A DNA stretch of 64,000 bases from NCBI GenBank assembly GCA_963924565.1, contig OZ004611.1, positions 24,428,001 to 24,492,000 of the forward strand. The letters are read 5' to 3'. A program made the position numbers and the translations under genes. Below the pieces are notes generated by a model, which saw nothing but the letters and a program-made list of their open reading frames with translations, did no database searches and was not told the DNA's origin. Each line of letters opens with the position of its first letter. Position 1 is the first letter of the stretch. Below are positions 1 through 11,192 of the stretch, piece by piece. Origin of the DNA: Ascidiella aspersa. Lineage: Eukaryota.

Positions 1-36
1 TGTTTTACGTTCAAATTGAAAACAAGTAAGTCTAAC

Positions 37-305
37 CTGACTACATTGGGATGATCAAGTTCTTTTAAAAGCGAAATTTCACGAATTGCTGTGCTTGGAA
101 CGCCTTCTGTTTCTCTAAAAAAAGAAGAAATTACGACATTATACATTCAGCTATAAACGCACTATTAAAAACAGTTATAATAAACTTACGTATCCAGGCG
201 AATCTTTTTTAGGGCAACCATTTTTCCGGTAAGTTTGTCATACGCTTTATAAACGATTCCATACGTTCCTTCGCCAATTTTCTCAATTTTATGAAATCCG
301 TCCAT
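37..305 (-). CDS. CDK2: Cyclin-dependent kinase 2 (CDK2/3 type), first two coding exons 305..190 and 114..37; gene continues off the left edge
   Basis: Manual translation: [64 protein letters not shown] (GEGTYG loop, VALKK, PSTAIRE). 75-nt GTAAGT...TTTTAG intron at 189..115; next donor GTTAGA at 36. Exon sizes of 116 and 78 nt match my recollection of vertebrate CDK2. Absent from the ORF track. Confidence 0.93.
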
Positions 306-932
306 GATTGCTAACCCTATGCTAATTTTCAGAAAACCTTAAGAATTTATTAAATAGGCCTTAGGCAAAAATAAACCAGATTAAATTTTTTTGCTTCTTC
401 AACAGTAAACGTAAACAACACAACAAAAAAGCCGCTCAAGGGCTCAACTTTCTAATCCAATTTCCTTCGCGCGCGGTAAAGCCGAAAAATCACCAACCGT
501 AACGAAAAAACTTGTCCAAATTGGTTGTAAGCATTACTTTTCAAGCCTTGAATTATAGCCAATGTTAATAAAAACTAATCAAAATAAGGTAAACATGTTA
601 TCGAAAACTTTGAAAATACAGATTTACAGTTAATTTGTAATATCTCTAAAATAACTTCGCAGCTAAAATTTAACTGTTAACGCATGATTGCTCAACAACA
701 ATTGATATCACCTTCGTGCAAGAAGCGCTGTCCTTAGCTTCAATTTATAGCGTTTTGTTAGAAATCGGCCTCCCGTTTTGAAGCTAATGTGTACAAACCT
801 GGACTTTACCATCCAGTTTGTATTTTTGTACACGGGTGTTATACGCCTATACCGTCTAACAATATAGTTAGTTAAAGGGAAGCTGTTATTTTGAGTAATA
901 TTCACTGTTTTAAAATATCAAGTCAAAAAGTG

Positions 933-1200
933 GGCGCTCTTTCACTATTGTACGTGAAAAGTTATGCAAAAAAAAAAATAATAATCCGCATACCATAACG
1001 CATATTGTTTGGGTTAGGGTGCGGGTTAGCGTTTGGGTGAGGGTGGGTCAAGTAATATTATGTTTATTATTAATAATAACTTGACCCACCCTCAACCAAA
1101 CGCTAACCCGCACCCTAACCCAAACAATGTGTTGTGGTATGCGGCATTTAAAGAAATTTTTTGTTTTATTAATTTTTAAGTACAATAGTGAAAGAGCGCC
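933..1200. mobile_element. Fold-back MITE, Merlin-like (GG-initiated TIRs, 8-bp TSD)
   Basis: Perfect 21-bp TIRs GGCGCTCTTTCACTATTGTAC (933-953) / GTACAATAGTGAAAGAGCGCC (1180-1200). Perfect TSD AAAAAGTG (925-932, 1201-1208). Internal ~70-bp inverted arms containing GGGTTAGGGTGCGGGTTAGCGTTTGGG. Confidence 0.85.
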
Positions 1201-1292
1201 AAAAAGTGTTGGTTAAACTGAAGAATAATGTTTTATGTTAATTAAAGTTTTGCATCGATCGATAACATTTATTTTGCAGGTAAAAATAAAAA

Positions 1293-1482
1293 GCCGCTGG
1301 TCTACAATCCTGCCAACAATAATAAATCAACACACAATATTTGGGTTAGGGTGTCGTTTAGCGTTTGTTTAAGGGTGGGTCAAGTATTATAATTTAATAA
1401 TATTACTTAACCTACCCAAACCAAACGCTAACATGTATCCTAACCCAAATAATGTTTGTTGTGGTAGTATTCCAGACCACCT
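1293..1482. mobile_element. Degenerate fold-back MITE, same family as 11572-11770 and 60854-61020
   Basis: Termini GCCGCTGGTCTACAATCC...GGTAGTATTCCAGACC with the same GGGTTAGGG / CCTAACCCAAA internal arms; TSD not clear. Confidence 0.7.
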
Positions 1483-1827
1483 GCACATAAAGTGCAAATG
1501 CACATCCTGTGAATATTTCACATTCACGCAATATGCACATTTGGTGCACAATTTGTTTAGTCAACCTCATACTTTTCATACTGGATGGAAAAGTTTACTA
1601 GCAATACTAACTAAATTATAATGTTAATACATATTCAAGTTGGGCATTTAAAAATTGTAAGAGGGTATTCCTTTGTTTGGTAACATGTTTTGGTTAAGTT
1701 TTAAAGGTGAAATGTTCCTCGTGGTGTAAACGTGTGGTTTGTGTTTTACATGGTGGAAAATGAAGATTGATACATGAATTTTAAACATGTTAACATAACT
1801 GTTATTTCAAAGGGCAATAATTAAATT

Positions 1828-2748
1828 ATGTCCAAACTGAACCTAAAGATAGGTTCAATACTGTGTTTTTCCACATTTCTTGTTATATTTCTTGGATTCT
1901 GGTGTAACGGAAGGTTTAATAAAGCTCACCCGGAATACCCTGCATCAAGCAAATCTACCCAATTTTTCACAAAAGTGATTTACAATCGAGTTGGAAAATG
2001 TGGCAGCCGCTCACTGAACAATGTTATATTGCAGCTTAAGGATGTGCATGGGTTTAACTTTTACACTTCAAAAGTGACCAATGTCACTAGACCCAAAGTT
2101 CTTCAACTAAAAGCCGAAGTTAAGTTTATCGAAAATCTTCCTTCCCCTTTTCTGTACTCAAGGCACATTCACTTCATAAATTTTGAGAAATTTGGAGTCA
2201 AACCTCTAGTGTATATTAACATGATAAGGGATCCAATTGAGCGATTTCAATCACAGTTTTATTTTAGACGCTATGGTGATAAGAAAAGGGCTGGTCCCCG
2301 TTCTGCTAAGCACATGTTGGAAGAACAAAAGGAAATGAACATCAATGAATGTGTTTTAAATAATCACTTTGAGTGTACTGGCCTAAAGTTGTGGTACATC
2401 ATCCCTTACTTTTGTGGTCAAAGTATGATTTGTCGTCAGCCAGGCAAGACAGCACTAGAAAGGGCAAAAAGGCATTTGCTTGACAATTATCTGGTTGTTG
2501 GAATACTGGAGGATTTCGAGGGGATGCTACAAGTCCTGGAAAAACTTATGCCAGAGTTTTTTGCTGGTTCAATAGACGTTTGGAGAAAAATGAGTGATTT
2601 AAAAGAAAGCACAAAGACATTACGTAAGCAATCGCTAAATCCGGAGGCATATGCCCATCTAAGAAATCAAATGCAACTGGAATATGAGTTTTATGAGTTT
2701 GCTGTTGAAATTTTTAAACAACTCAAAAATTTTCAACTCGGCCTGTAA
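1828..2748 (+). CDS. UST: Uronyl 2-O-sulfotransferase-like Golgi type II membrane protein (UST/HS2ST family), 306 aa, intronless CDS
   Basis: N-terminal TM anchor (ILCFSTFLVIFLGFW); 5'-PSB YNRVGKCGSRS (UST-type rather than HS2ST YNRVPKT); YINMIRDPIERFQSQFYFRRYGD 3'-PB; IIPYFCGQ; VVGILED; EYEFYEF. Confidence 0.88.
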   Translation: MSKLNLKIGSILCFSTFLVIFLGFWCNGRFNKAHPEYPASSKSTQFFTKVIYNRVGKCGSRSLNNVILQLKDVHGFNFYTSKVTNVTRPKVLQLKAEVKFIENLPSPFLYSRHIHFINFEKFGVKPLVYINMIRDPIERFQSQFYFRRYGDKKRAGPRSAKHMLEEQKEMNINECVLNNHFECTGLKLWYIIPYFCGQSMICRQPGKTALERAKRHLLDNYLVVGILEDFEGMLQVLEKLMPEFFAGSIDVWRKMSDLKESTKTLRKQSLNPEAYAHLRNQMQLEYEFYEFAVEIFKQLKNFQLGL

Positions 2749-2859
2749 CAGAAGATTTGTAATTACTAATTACTTTTATATTACTACATTATTTGATACC
2801 TCATTTGTTTAAACCGGACAGCCTTATGTCAACTAGTGTTTTTTATTACATGCAATATC

Positions 2860-3130
2860 AAGTGTTGAAACTATTTTTGTCATATATTGATCTGCAAGTC
2901 GAAGTGTTATATCTGATTTATACACATTTTTTGGTATTCATTCGTTATTCTTCAAATTACCTTAAAGAGTAATACTAGTTTTATGTCAAAACTACCTACT
3001 ATTTGTTGATCTTCAAGTCAAAGTGTTATATCTGTTATGCCTTTTACGGTAAATTTACAATGGCAAACTATAATGCTAAGATTTATACACATGTTTTGGT
3101 ATTTATTCGTTATTCTTCAAATAACCTTAA
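2860..3130. repeat. Imperfect direct duplication (~110-bp unit, second copy with an insertion) in the UST 3' region
   Basis: TTGATCT(G/T)CAAGTC(G/A)AAGTGTTATATCTG and ATTTATACACAT..TTTGGTATT.ATTCGTTATTCTTCAAAT.ACCTTAA each occur twice. Confidence 0.7.
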
Positions 3131-4578
3131 GTACTTTTACATCTATACTACGTAATGTAGAAACAAAGACCGTATTCTTCGCCATCATTATTTTGGGTTT
3201 ATAATAATAGCATATGGCACCTATAGCAATTTGTGTCGTTACTCGGTACTATTTGTTAACTATTACCCTGCCTCTAATCATGCTTTTTATATGAATTTGC
3301 TTGCCTTTTACAAACTCAGTATCCTTGAATCAATAAATAATTTTTTGTTTAATTTTTATTTGAATCATCTACTTTTTTAACTTTGTAACCTTTTTATATC
3401 AAATACCCTAATTGTGATAACTATGTGTGATTTTATGCAAAAATAAAATATGACAAGTTCTTTGTTTAAAAAAAATGTGCTTGTCTTATTTAAGTTTGTG
3501 TCTTAATTATCTATATATATTTGGTAACACGCTGCTGTGAAAAATAGGGAAATTTATGCGGGATTATTTTAATGTTCAAAACAATGAAAAATGTATAAGC
3601 AACTTCTCAAACTACAATTATTTCACATATTAATTGCTCTAATAAATCAATGGACAAATATCAGTGTTAAATGGTGCTATAGTGTCTGAAGCAAAAGTTT
3701 TACCGCTCATTAAAAAGCACAAACTGCCAACATATCCTTTATGTATAGGCCCTTGGCCCATCCGTTTATTGCATATAATTAGGTATTTGGGTATTTATTG
3801 TGCATGGTAAACAGGTTACAGCTTCTTCAGTGTTACTATAAGATTTCCTTAAACAATACACTGTACAATGAACAAATTACCACATGGATTGAACAGGTGA
3901 CTAGTTTAAACTCAATTGCATTAACGCACTTTCAGATTATATTCACTTTGAGCTTAAAGGCAATCCTGCAGAACAAAATTAGAAAACAATCCGTTAAAAG
4001 TATTTAGTTGAAATATTCAAGCTAGACGCTACCAGAGAGACTAAACTTTAAGCAAACATTTTAAAAACAGCACCAAATGAAAATACCATATGCAGAAATG
4101 AACTATAAAATAGCCTTTAAAAAAATCTGGTATGTAATGTATGTATAGCCATTAGTTATGCAAACAATAAAATTTATATAAAATTATAGATAAATTGAGG
4201 TGACAAAATATATCAAGACCATACCACATTAGCAATAATAATATGATATATATATATCAGTTATTTAATGATTTTAACAGAAATCTCATTAAACTGGCTA
4301 TTGCTCCAAGAAAAATAAAAAACAGTATGACAACAAAGTTATGAAAAATTGAAGGCATTTAATGCTGTCCTACCACAAACTACAGGTGGGCCTTTGTATT
4401 AACCAAAACACCGTACACTGTTATTTTTAGTATTTAATAAGTTGCTTAATTGTTTAAAAAAAAGGCCTGGCAGGAAAGAACACGTTTAAAAAACAAAATC
4501 TTTTGGGCATTTTTGTTGTTGTGAAAGTGTGTGCCTCATGAAATACCAATATTTAACTATTTGTGCCTTCAGGCCTAT

Positions 4579-7500
4579 TCAAAGTTGCTTAAAAAGCCAT
4601 ATGAGACCGTCCTCTAGCCCGTTTAAGTTGTCTACAGTAATGTCCTGGACATACCATGGCCGGTCTATGATGCTGGATAAATCAAGTGTGGCAACTAATT
4701 CTATGCAAGATATTCGAGGAGCGGCAGCATTTGCTGTACAAGATAAAACAAGAAGAGGTCTTCTGTTAATTCCGTACTGCTGGCTTGATAGGCCAGTTAA
4801 GTGCATAATAGAAGACAATGCAGATACATTGGCTTCTTGAGTTGGCTGGACTTCTTCATTGGCTACCTGGGGTTGTTCAATCTTTTGGGCTTCTAGAGAC
4901 CGTAGACCTTTTATTACCGCTTTCAATTCAAGCCTGTTGTAGGACAAGGTGTGAAGAGATTTATCTTTGGTCGCATCTACGACATAGATCAGTCTGCAAC
5001 TCTGATCCCTTTGTTTGAAAAAGTCAAGGACCGATTCGCGCAAGCGAAACTGTGGGTTACTCTCCTGTACAGGTTCGCTTGAAACTTCCTGTGTGCTGGG
5101 ATTCAAACTTTCTGCCATTGAAACTGCCTCTAAAATGTTGCTTTCTTGTAGACGTTCCAAACCCACTCTTCGTGCCCTGTCCCTACGGTTGCCAGAATAC
5201 AAAGCGATAAGATTAAAGCGCTTTTCACCTTTGAATTCCAACTCAACCCCTGAGCCAACCCCATCTTGACTACCCGGGAGAAGTCTAACAGTCATAAGAA
5301 GATCAGGCCTTGCCCATAAGAGGCGTCTGAATATTTTACTTGTATTCTGTGATTCCATTCCAGGACCAAGCATGATAACCTCGCCGTTTCCCGCACGTAA
5401 TCGCACCCAAAGGCTGCGAAGAAACCTTGGAAAGGTACGACTCTGCTGCATAATGTGACTTTCATCTGGTTCAAAATCACTGCTCGGAATAACCGGAGTA
5501 ACGCCGATTAAACCTATATTTTTCTGCCTCTGATAAGCGCAGTGAAAATACAGGGCTTTGTAGTTTACATTCTCGCGGTTGCTTAACTGCTGGTGAAAGT
5601 TCAAGATGCCATCCTGGTCAATTTTCTCATTGCTTTCCGACAGTTCAGGACTAGGCAACAGTGGGTTGCTGTTGCTGCCAATGCTGTTCCATTTGTTCAT
5701 GTCCCTGTAGAGCAATTCCCTCCACAAAAAGTCATCTCTACACACTTCACACCAGTGGCGGCTTGTCATTGACAGGTGACAGATGTCGGTTGTCTCCAAC
5801 AGCGACAGAATGATGAGCTTACAGTAAAAAGGGAGGTCATCCAAGGCAACTTCAGTGTTTTGATTTTCTGGGCCAGCTGATTCTTCTGTCGTCTGTGATT
5901 GTGAACTCTGATCGTTATTTTGTTCTGTATCTGTAAAGGCACAAAAGCAAATTTGTTTCATAAACGAATTAACTTTATTTATTGCAGACTGTGTAAGTAA
6001 TTATAAATACCGATATATCGGTTCGCCAATATTAGGCTTTTACCGATATATCTCTATTGGTAAATGTAGGCCAATATTTTAGTTAGAGAATATGATATAA
6101 TTTCTTCTACAATAAACAACTTGCCCATTTTTTAATCAAAAAAATTGGGTTTAGCATCACGCCAAGTTAATATGAAAAACAATAGTTAATGAAGGTATAT
6201 AAACTTAAAAGTTATTTGGATTTTAATTTCCAAAAAGTTGATATAATAAAAAACAATTAAAACACTGACAGAGGACTTAACAAATAGTGTATACAAGAAT
6301 AACACATGTCTAATTCTTTATCAGCAGATAAATGTTCAGGTTTCATAAGTTAGGTTATTCATCATTTAACTAACCATGAGTGGTTCATAACAAAAGCAAT
6401 AAAAGTATAAACAAGATGATTGGATACTGCCGAACACCACGATTGATTTCTGTAGAACAGGCATATTACAATTTTTAATTTCGGACACAAAAAGAATATA
6501 TTAAATCAACAGTTAATGGGCAAAATTAAGTGTAAAACAGAAAAGTTACAATATAGACACCGGTGTTGCAATGATTTAAGTCATTTGACTTGAAGTCACT
6601 TTTTTAAAATGGCTTGACTTTAGTCTTTCTATCAAAATGACTTCACTGACTCAGTCTTTTTGGACTTTGTCAAATAACTTGAAATTTAATTAGGTGTTTT
6701 CTATTGAAATTTATCCAAAGTTTTGCACATTCAACACTTTTATTGTTGTTTATTGCAGTGCTTTTCAACCCGTGGGATGGTACGCACTTGTGCAGATAAA
6801 AAAAATTGTAATGCGGATGACAAACGTCGTGCTGATGAAAATGATGTTGTAATACAGTAATCAAATAAGCTAAAGCGCCCACTTATGCGTTACAGCTACA
6901 GTAATATAGTCTCGTATAGTGGATCATTGCAGCTGAAGCTATATCGGTCAAGGCTTAGCCACACAGTTTTAATACATAAACCTTTCATTGTTGTTTCACA
7001 AATAAAACTAAAACAGGGTTGTTCCTAAGAAAAAATTACACTCGCCAGGCGGGCGAGCGGCTATCAATCAGCACTCGCCAGGACGAAATAACACTCGCCA
7101 AATTTGTTGGCATGCAGTCTGCAAATTACCGTCCTAGCGCGGTCATTTCTTGGGTTATTGTTAACCTGTTGTATGGTTTCTATACGTAAACCTTAGTTTT
7201 TATGAAAGTCTTGTCGTTTATTTCTATGCATGGATGAACAAATTAATTCCCCATAAATCAGTTTAAGCTTGAAACAATGTTTTTTAGCCGAGATATTTTT
7301 TACAATCTTTAGTGAAAAAATAACAATTTAGTAGCCACGGCCTGCCTGTTTTCCAATTTTTTTAAATGCTCGCGCTCTTTTTTATCGTATTCTGGTTTTT
7401 CTGTGCTTGAAGGACGTTTCACCGCAGGTTGCTTCGCGCTAGAAACAAAACGCCACATTTCGCCTAACACTATAGTTACTGGTTGAACAGCAACGCAAAA

Positions 7501-8580
7501 TAATTATGAATTTACAACTAAACCATTCTTTCACAGTTAACAACCATATGCCAGAGATTCTGTGCTGTACGACGCCCTATAGTGGCTCGTTTCAATTTTC
7601 CAAGGGCGTCCGCAATGGTTTCGATTCGTATCTTAACATAATTGCGATATGTAATATTCACAGACAGTTATTTTTTCAGCTTTGGCTCGGTTGAACGCTA
7701 TGAGCTTAAAAGATCGCAACAACATACTTGACTCATTATTAATTCTCAGCTACAGAGACTCATTATTAATTCTCAGCTACAGTTACACAAGTAGGCGATA
7801 TTTTAAAATACCGTAGTGTTCAGTGGGCCAAACGATTTTTAAAACGGGACAAAGAGTGTTTATTAAGAGCTTCAAACGTGACTTCGATTAAGCTTATTAT
7901 TTGTGTAGTGTTAAATATACTTGGGCCTTAGTGTTTAACGAAATAACTGGCGCTAAGTAATATTTCGCTTAGTAGTGTTGCTTAACACAAGTTGAAAATT
8001 TCTCGCCGAAGCCACTCGCCAGTGGGGCGAGTGGGTGTCAATCAGCACTCGCCAGGAGCGATTTGCACTCGCATTGGCGAGCGGGCGAGTGCTTAAGCCC
8101 AACCCTGTAAAAGTTGCAAACTTTCTGGGCTTGTTTCGTGCGGATGGAAATTTTAAAGGTTTAAAAACTGGTATATTGCTTTTGAGTTATTTTTTAGTTG
8201 AATGGTTTCTCATAATCATACAAATTTTATTAGTTTAACAAGCTAATTTATGTCAATGACTTGACTTGAAATTGACTTGCTCTCATATTGACTTGACTGG
8301 AACTTGAATCTTTTCAAAATGACTTGTTTTCCACACTGATAGACACGCACTGCGATGGCTTTTTGGTGTAGCAAATTTACAAGTAATTACCTGTGGCTTC
8401 AGCTTGAGGATTCGGGTTCCGACTTGGGCTTTTTGTCATGCCACTGTTCCATTTTGTAATACACTGCTCCTTGAAATGCCGAAATGCTTCAAAGATTGTC
8501 TTTTCATTATTTCTAAGGCTTTGATAATTGTTTTGGTGCAGGCCCATTGATCCTTGACAATTTTCATTTTGAGTTGTCAT
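4579..8580 (-). CDS. FBXO4: F-box only protein 4-like (SCF substrate receptor), exons 8580..8391 and 5930..4579, ~513 aa
   Basis: F-box LDDLPFYCKLIILSLLETTDICHLSMTSRHWCEVCRDDFLWRELL. FBXO4-type GTPase-like C-terminus: GPGMES, GVGSGV, IYVVDA, RPLLVLSC, PWYVQD, GLIWL. Donor ACAG|GTAATT (8391) and acceptor TTTACAG| (5930) join in phase 1 (G+AT=Asp). The track ATG at 5961 is intronic. Confidence 0.88.
6561..8338 (-). mobile_element. Non-autonomous hAT-like element (CAAGT-repeat family) in the FBXO4 intron, carrying a nested insertion
   Basis: Termini CGGTGTTGCAA...TTCCACACTG; perfect 8-bp TSD ATAGACAC (6553-6560, 8339-8346); subterminal GACTT arrays shared with copies at 17262 and 22868. Confidence 0.85.
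7014..8107. mobile_element. Nested non-autonomous DNA transposon with CAGGGTTG TIRs and 5-bp TSD
   Basis: CAGGGTTGttCcTAAG / CTTAAGcccAACCCTG termini; TAAAA on both sides (7009-7013, 8108-8112); subterminal CACTCGCCA repeats at both ends; internal 27-bp tandem duplication at ~7730-7782. Confidence 0.75.
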
Positions 8581-11062
8581 TACAAAATTTATAAAAGGCA
8601 GCAAACAATAAGTTTAAAATGGCAAAAAGTCCAAACTGAAACAAAATCAAAGTTAAGAATATCAAAGCCCATACAGAAGTAGGTTGGGCTTTGATATTCT
8701 TATTACGTCTTACTACAACCTCCAACCAATATGCTCGAAAATCAAAGTTGTTTAGTATTGTTCATCATTCAATATTTGCTATTTGAAGGCCTTTCTTGCA
8801 TTTGCTCTGTACTGTTCTATAACTTATTAGATTTTAACATTTGGGTCACACCTGTAGAGCCCTAAAATTTAGTTACAAAACATATTTATTTAAACTTCAT
8901 AAATTAAATTTGCCTCATAGTTGCATAATACTCAAAGAACTAAGTCAAAAAATAAAAATTAAAACTCGAACACAATTATGTTTCATACTTTTTGTGATTT
9001 GGCTGCTGTGAATCTTCACAGCATACCAGCTAAGAAGTGTTGTATTACATAAATAGATTTTTTACAATACTTGTGTGAGGTAGGAAAAAAGAAATAAAAT
9101 GAGAAAGTGCATATTGAACAAAATACATTTACTAGTAGCTTCTATGATAAAATAATATCCTAAACAAAACAATTGAAGGGTTACAACAAGATCTGCATTC
9201 TCTCGCAGGTGAATACAAACAAGATTTTTTCAAAAGCAAATTGTGCGCACAACTTCATTTTTTTGACAAATTCTATAACTGCAAACCAAAGATCTATATG
9301 AATATATTATTATTCAGTTCTAACATCCTAAAATTACTGCTCAATTAACAAATATATAATATATATTTTTTACATTTTAAAATAAAATAAAGACTGAAAA
9401 ACAAATACAAGTATTTATACACGCCAACTGGCTATAGCACAAAAGTCGTTATCGCTTCACGAAAACATACATTCCAGTAGTTGTGACTCGCCTTTTGCAA
9501 CGAAACCTTAAACACGTCACAGCAAACAACAGCCTCATTGTGAAACCAAATTCCTTTCAGTAAACAGAGACCAAGGCACGTTAGTCCAGTCGCGACGTCT
9601 GTCAGTTAATGGCTAATGCAATTTCTGTTTATTACATATGTTAGAGAATACCAAGTGATGTACTAAAATGTGTTTTACTCATGCTAGGCTTCAATGAACT
9701 TACTTAAAGGGATTGAACCTAGGCTTGAACTCACGAACTGACAAACCCAGAAACCTACCTCTTTCCGCGTGGCCAACTTGGTTGCTCTAGTGCCCCACTT
9801 AGCGGTAGTTCAACAATTGTTTATCCTAACACTAAATTTGCTAAAGAGTATAATAACTCACTTTCAGCATTACGAATCAAAAGTTTCAGTTGCTTAAAAA
9901 CGGCATCCAAATTTTATAAAAATATCACTGTTAAACATTCGTTATATTACGCTGGGCAGCTTCCTGAAAAACATCGTTATTTTAAAGATTTAAAGATAAT
10001 ATAAACATTTTTTCCTGTCATTTTAGCACTAAAAAAATATAAAATCGTAGGTGCCTTCAAAAAACTAAATAATTACAATGTAGAAGTAAAAACGAGAAAC
10101 AACGCAGTTTACATTTATAAAATCGTGGTAATTAATTTCTAAATAGTTTAAAAGAGCACCCATTGTATCTGATTAATATCTTTTATTGAATAAAGTAAAG
10201 AAATATTTCATGTTTTTGGACATATTGGTGGTTAGCGTAAAACATTCTCAATCAAAAAGTGAAGTCAATGGACTCTAAAGCAAAATCACAATAAAAACGG
10301 TTATTATAGGTGTGTTTATTAGACGCCAAAAGGTGATCTGCGTGCCTACCTAAGGAATAAATGATTTTTAACAGGCCGATAAAACGGAATTAGCATACAG
10401 CAAAGCACATGAAACCAGGGTTCCTCAGCGAAAAACCAGAGTAGCGATGGATTACAGTCACGCGTGCAACAAGTCAATAAAACTTCGCTCAAAAAAAGTC
10501 CAGGTACTTCCCCTGGTGGTAGCGGCGGGGCAGCCAGCGCAGAGCGCCAGAATCGCTGCTCTTGAAAAGTGATTTTGACGAACTGAGCGGGCGTGGCCAG
10601 CCTTTTGCCTCTGCTGACACGTCACCCTTATTGGCGTCATTCGATAACGGCAAATGTCGTTTGTCGATTGTTATATTTAATCGAATCACGGTGCGCCGTG
10701 GTTAACACAATTGACTGGCAATAAAGTTTTATCTTTTAACGGCTTTGCTTGTTAACTGCAAGTTGTGCGTTGACCAGGCGAACTTTGGCGAACCGTTAAT
10801 GAAAATCGAGGTTTGTTATGATTCTGCAAAAACTCACAATCGTATCAAAATTTCCAGACGCCAGCTGATCCATAAGTGCTGGTGCTGACTTGCTTTGTTA
10901 TTCCTGCTCTGAACACGTGAAGGCAAGTCAAGGCTTGTCCGCTTCCGAGAGTAAAGAGAAACAAAGGAGGAGGAGCTCCCACGCGAGAGGAGCGCGGAGC
11001 AAAACAGTCCGAGGGGAAGCACCTACACGTGAATCTCTTTTTTCCTTCTATTTCGGTTGGCT

Positions 11063-11100
11063 TTATAACGTTACGCAATGGCGCTGAAACATTTAGTCTG
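11063..11100 (+). promoter_or_regulatory. Putative distal core promoter (P1) of bZIP gene A
   Basis: TATA-like TTATAAC (~11063), TTACGCAA C/EBP-PAR site (11071-11078), Inr-like TTAGT ~30 nt downstream; CACGTG E-boxes upstream at ~10914 and ~11026. Confidence 0.5.
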
Positions 11101-11192
11101 CGATAAGTTTGAAACGTTCAGCTACGCTCGGATTATTGTAACACGTTTACCTACGATTTAAAAGCGATCTGCTTTTTTGCAAACTGCACAGC

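Noticed and set aside
1010-1122. Interstitial telomere
   Set aside because: The GGGTTA units are few, degenerate and lie inside a TSD-flanked MITE.
5931-5961. Track starts such as 5961 (FBXO4), 12518, 14212, 52901, 56926 and 57482
   Set aside because: They are intronic, non-ATG or internal codons next to clear splice acceptors; the genes are spliced.
9700-9810. tRNA or tRNA-derived SINE (B-box-like AGGTTCAATCC on - strand)
   Set aside because: No cloverleaf, convincing A box or second copy in the window.
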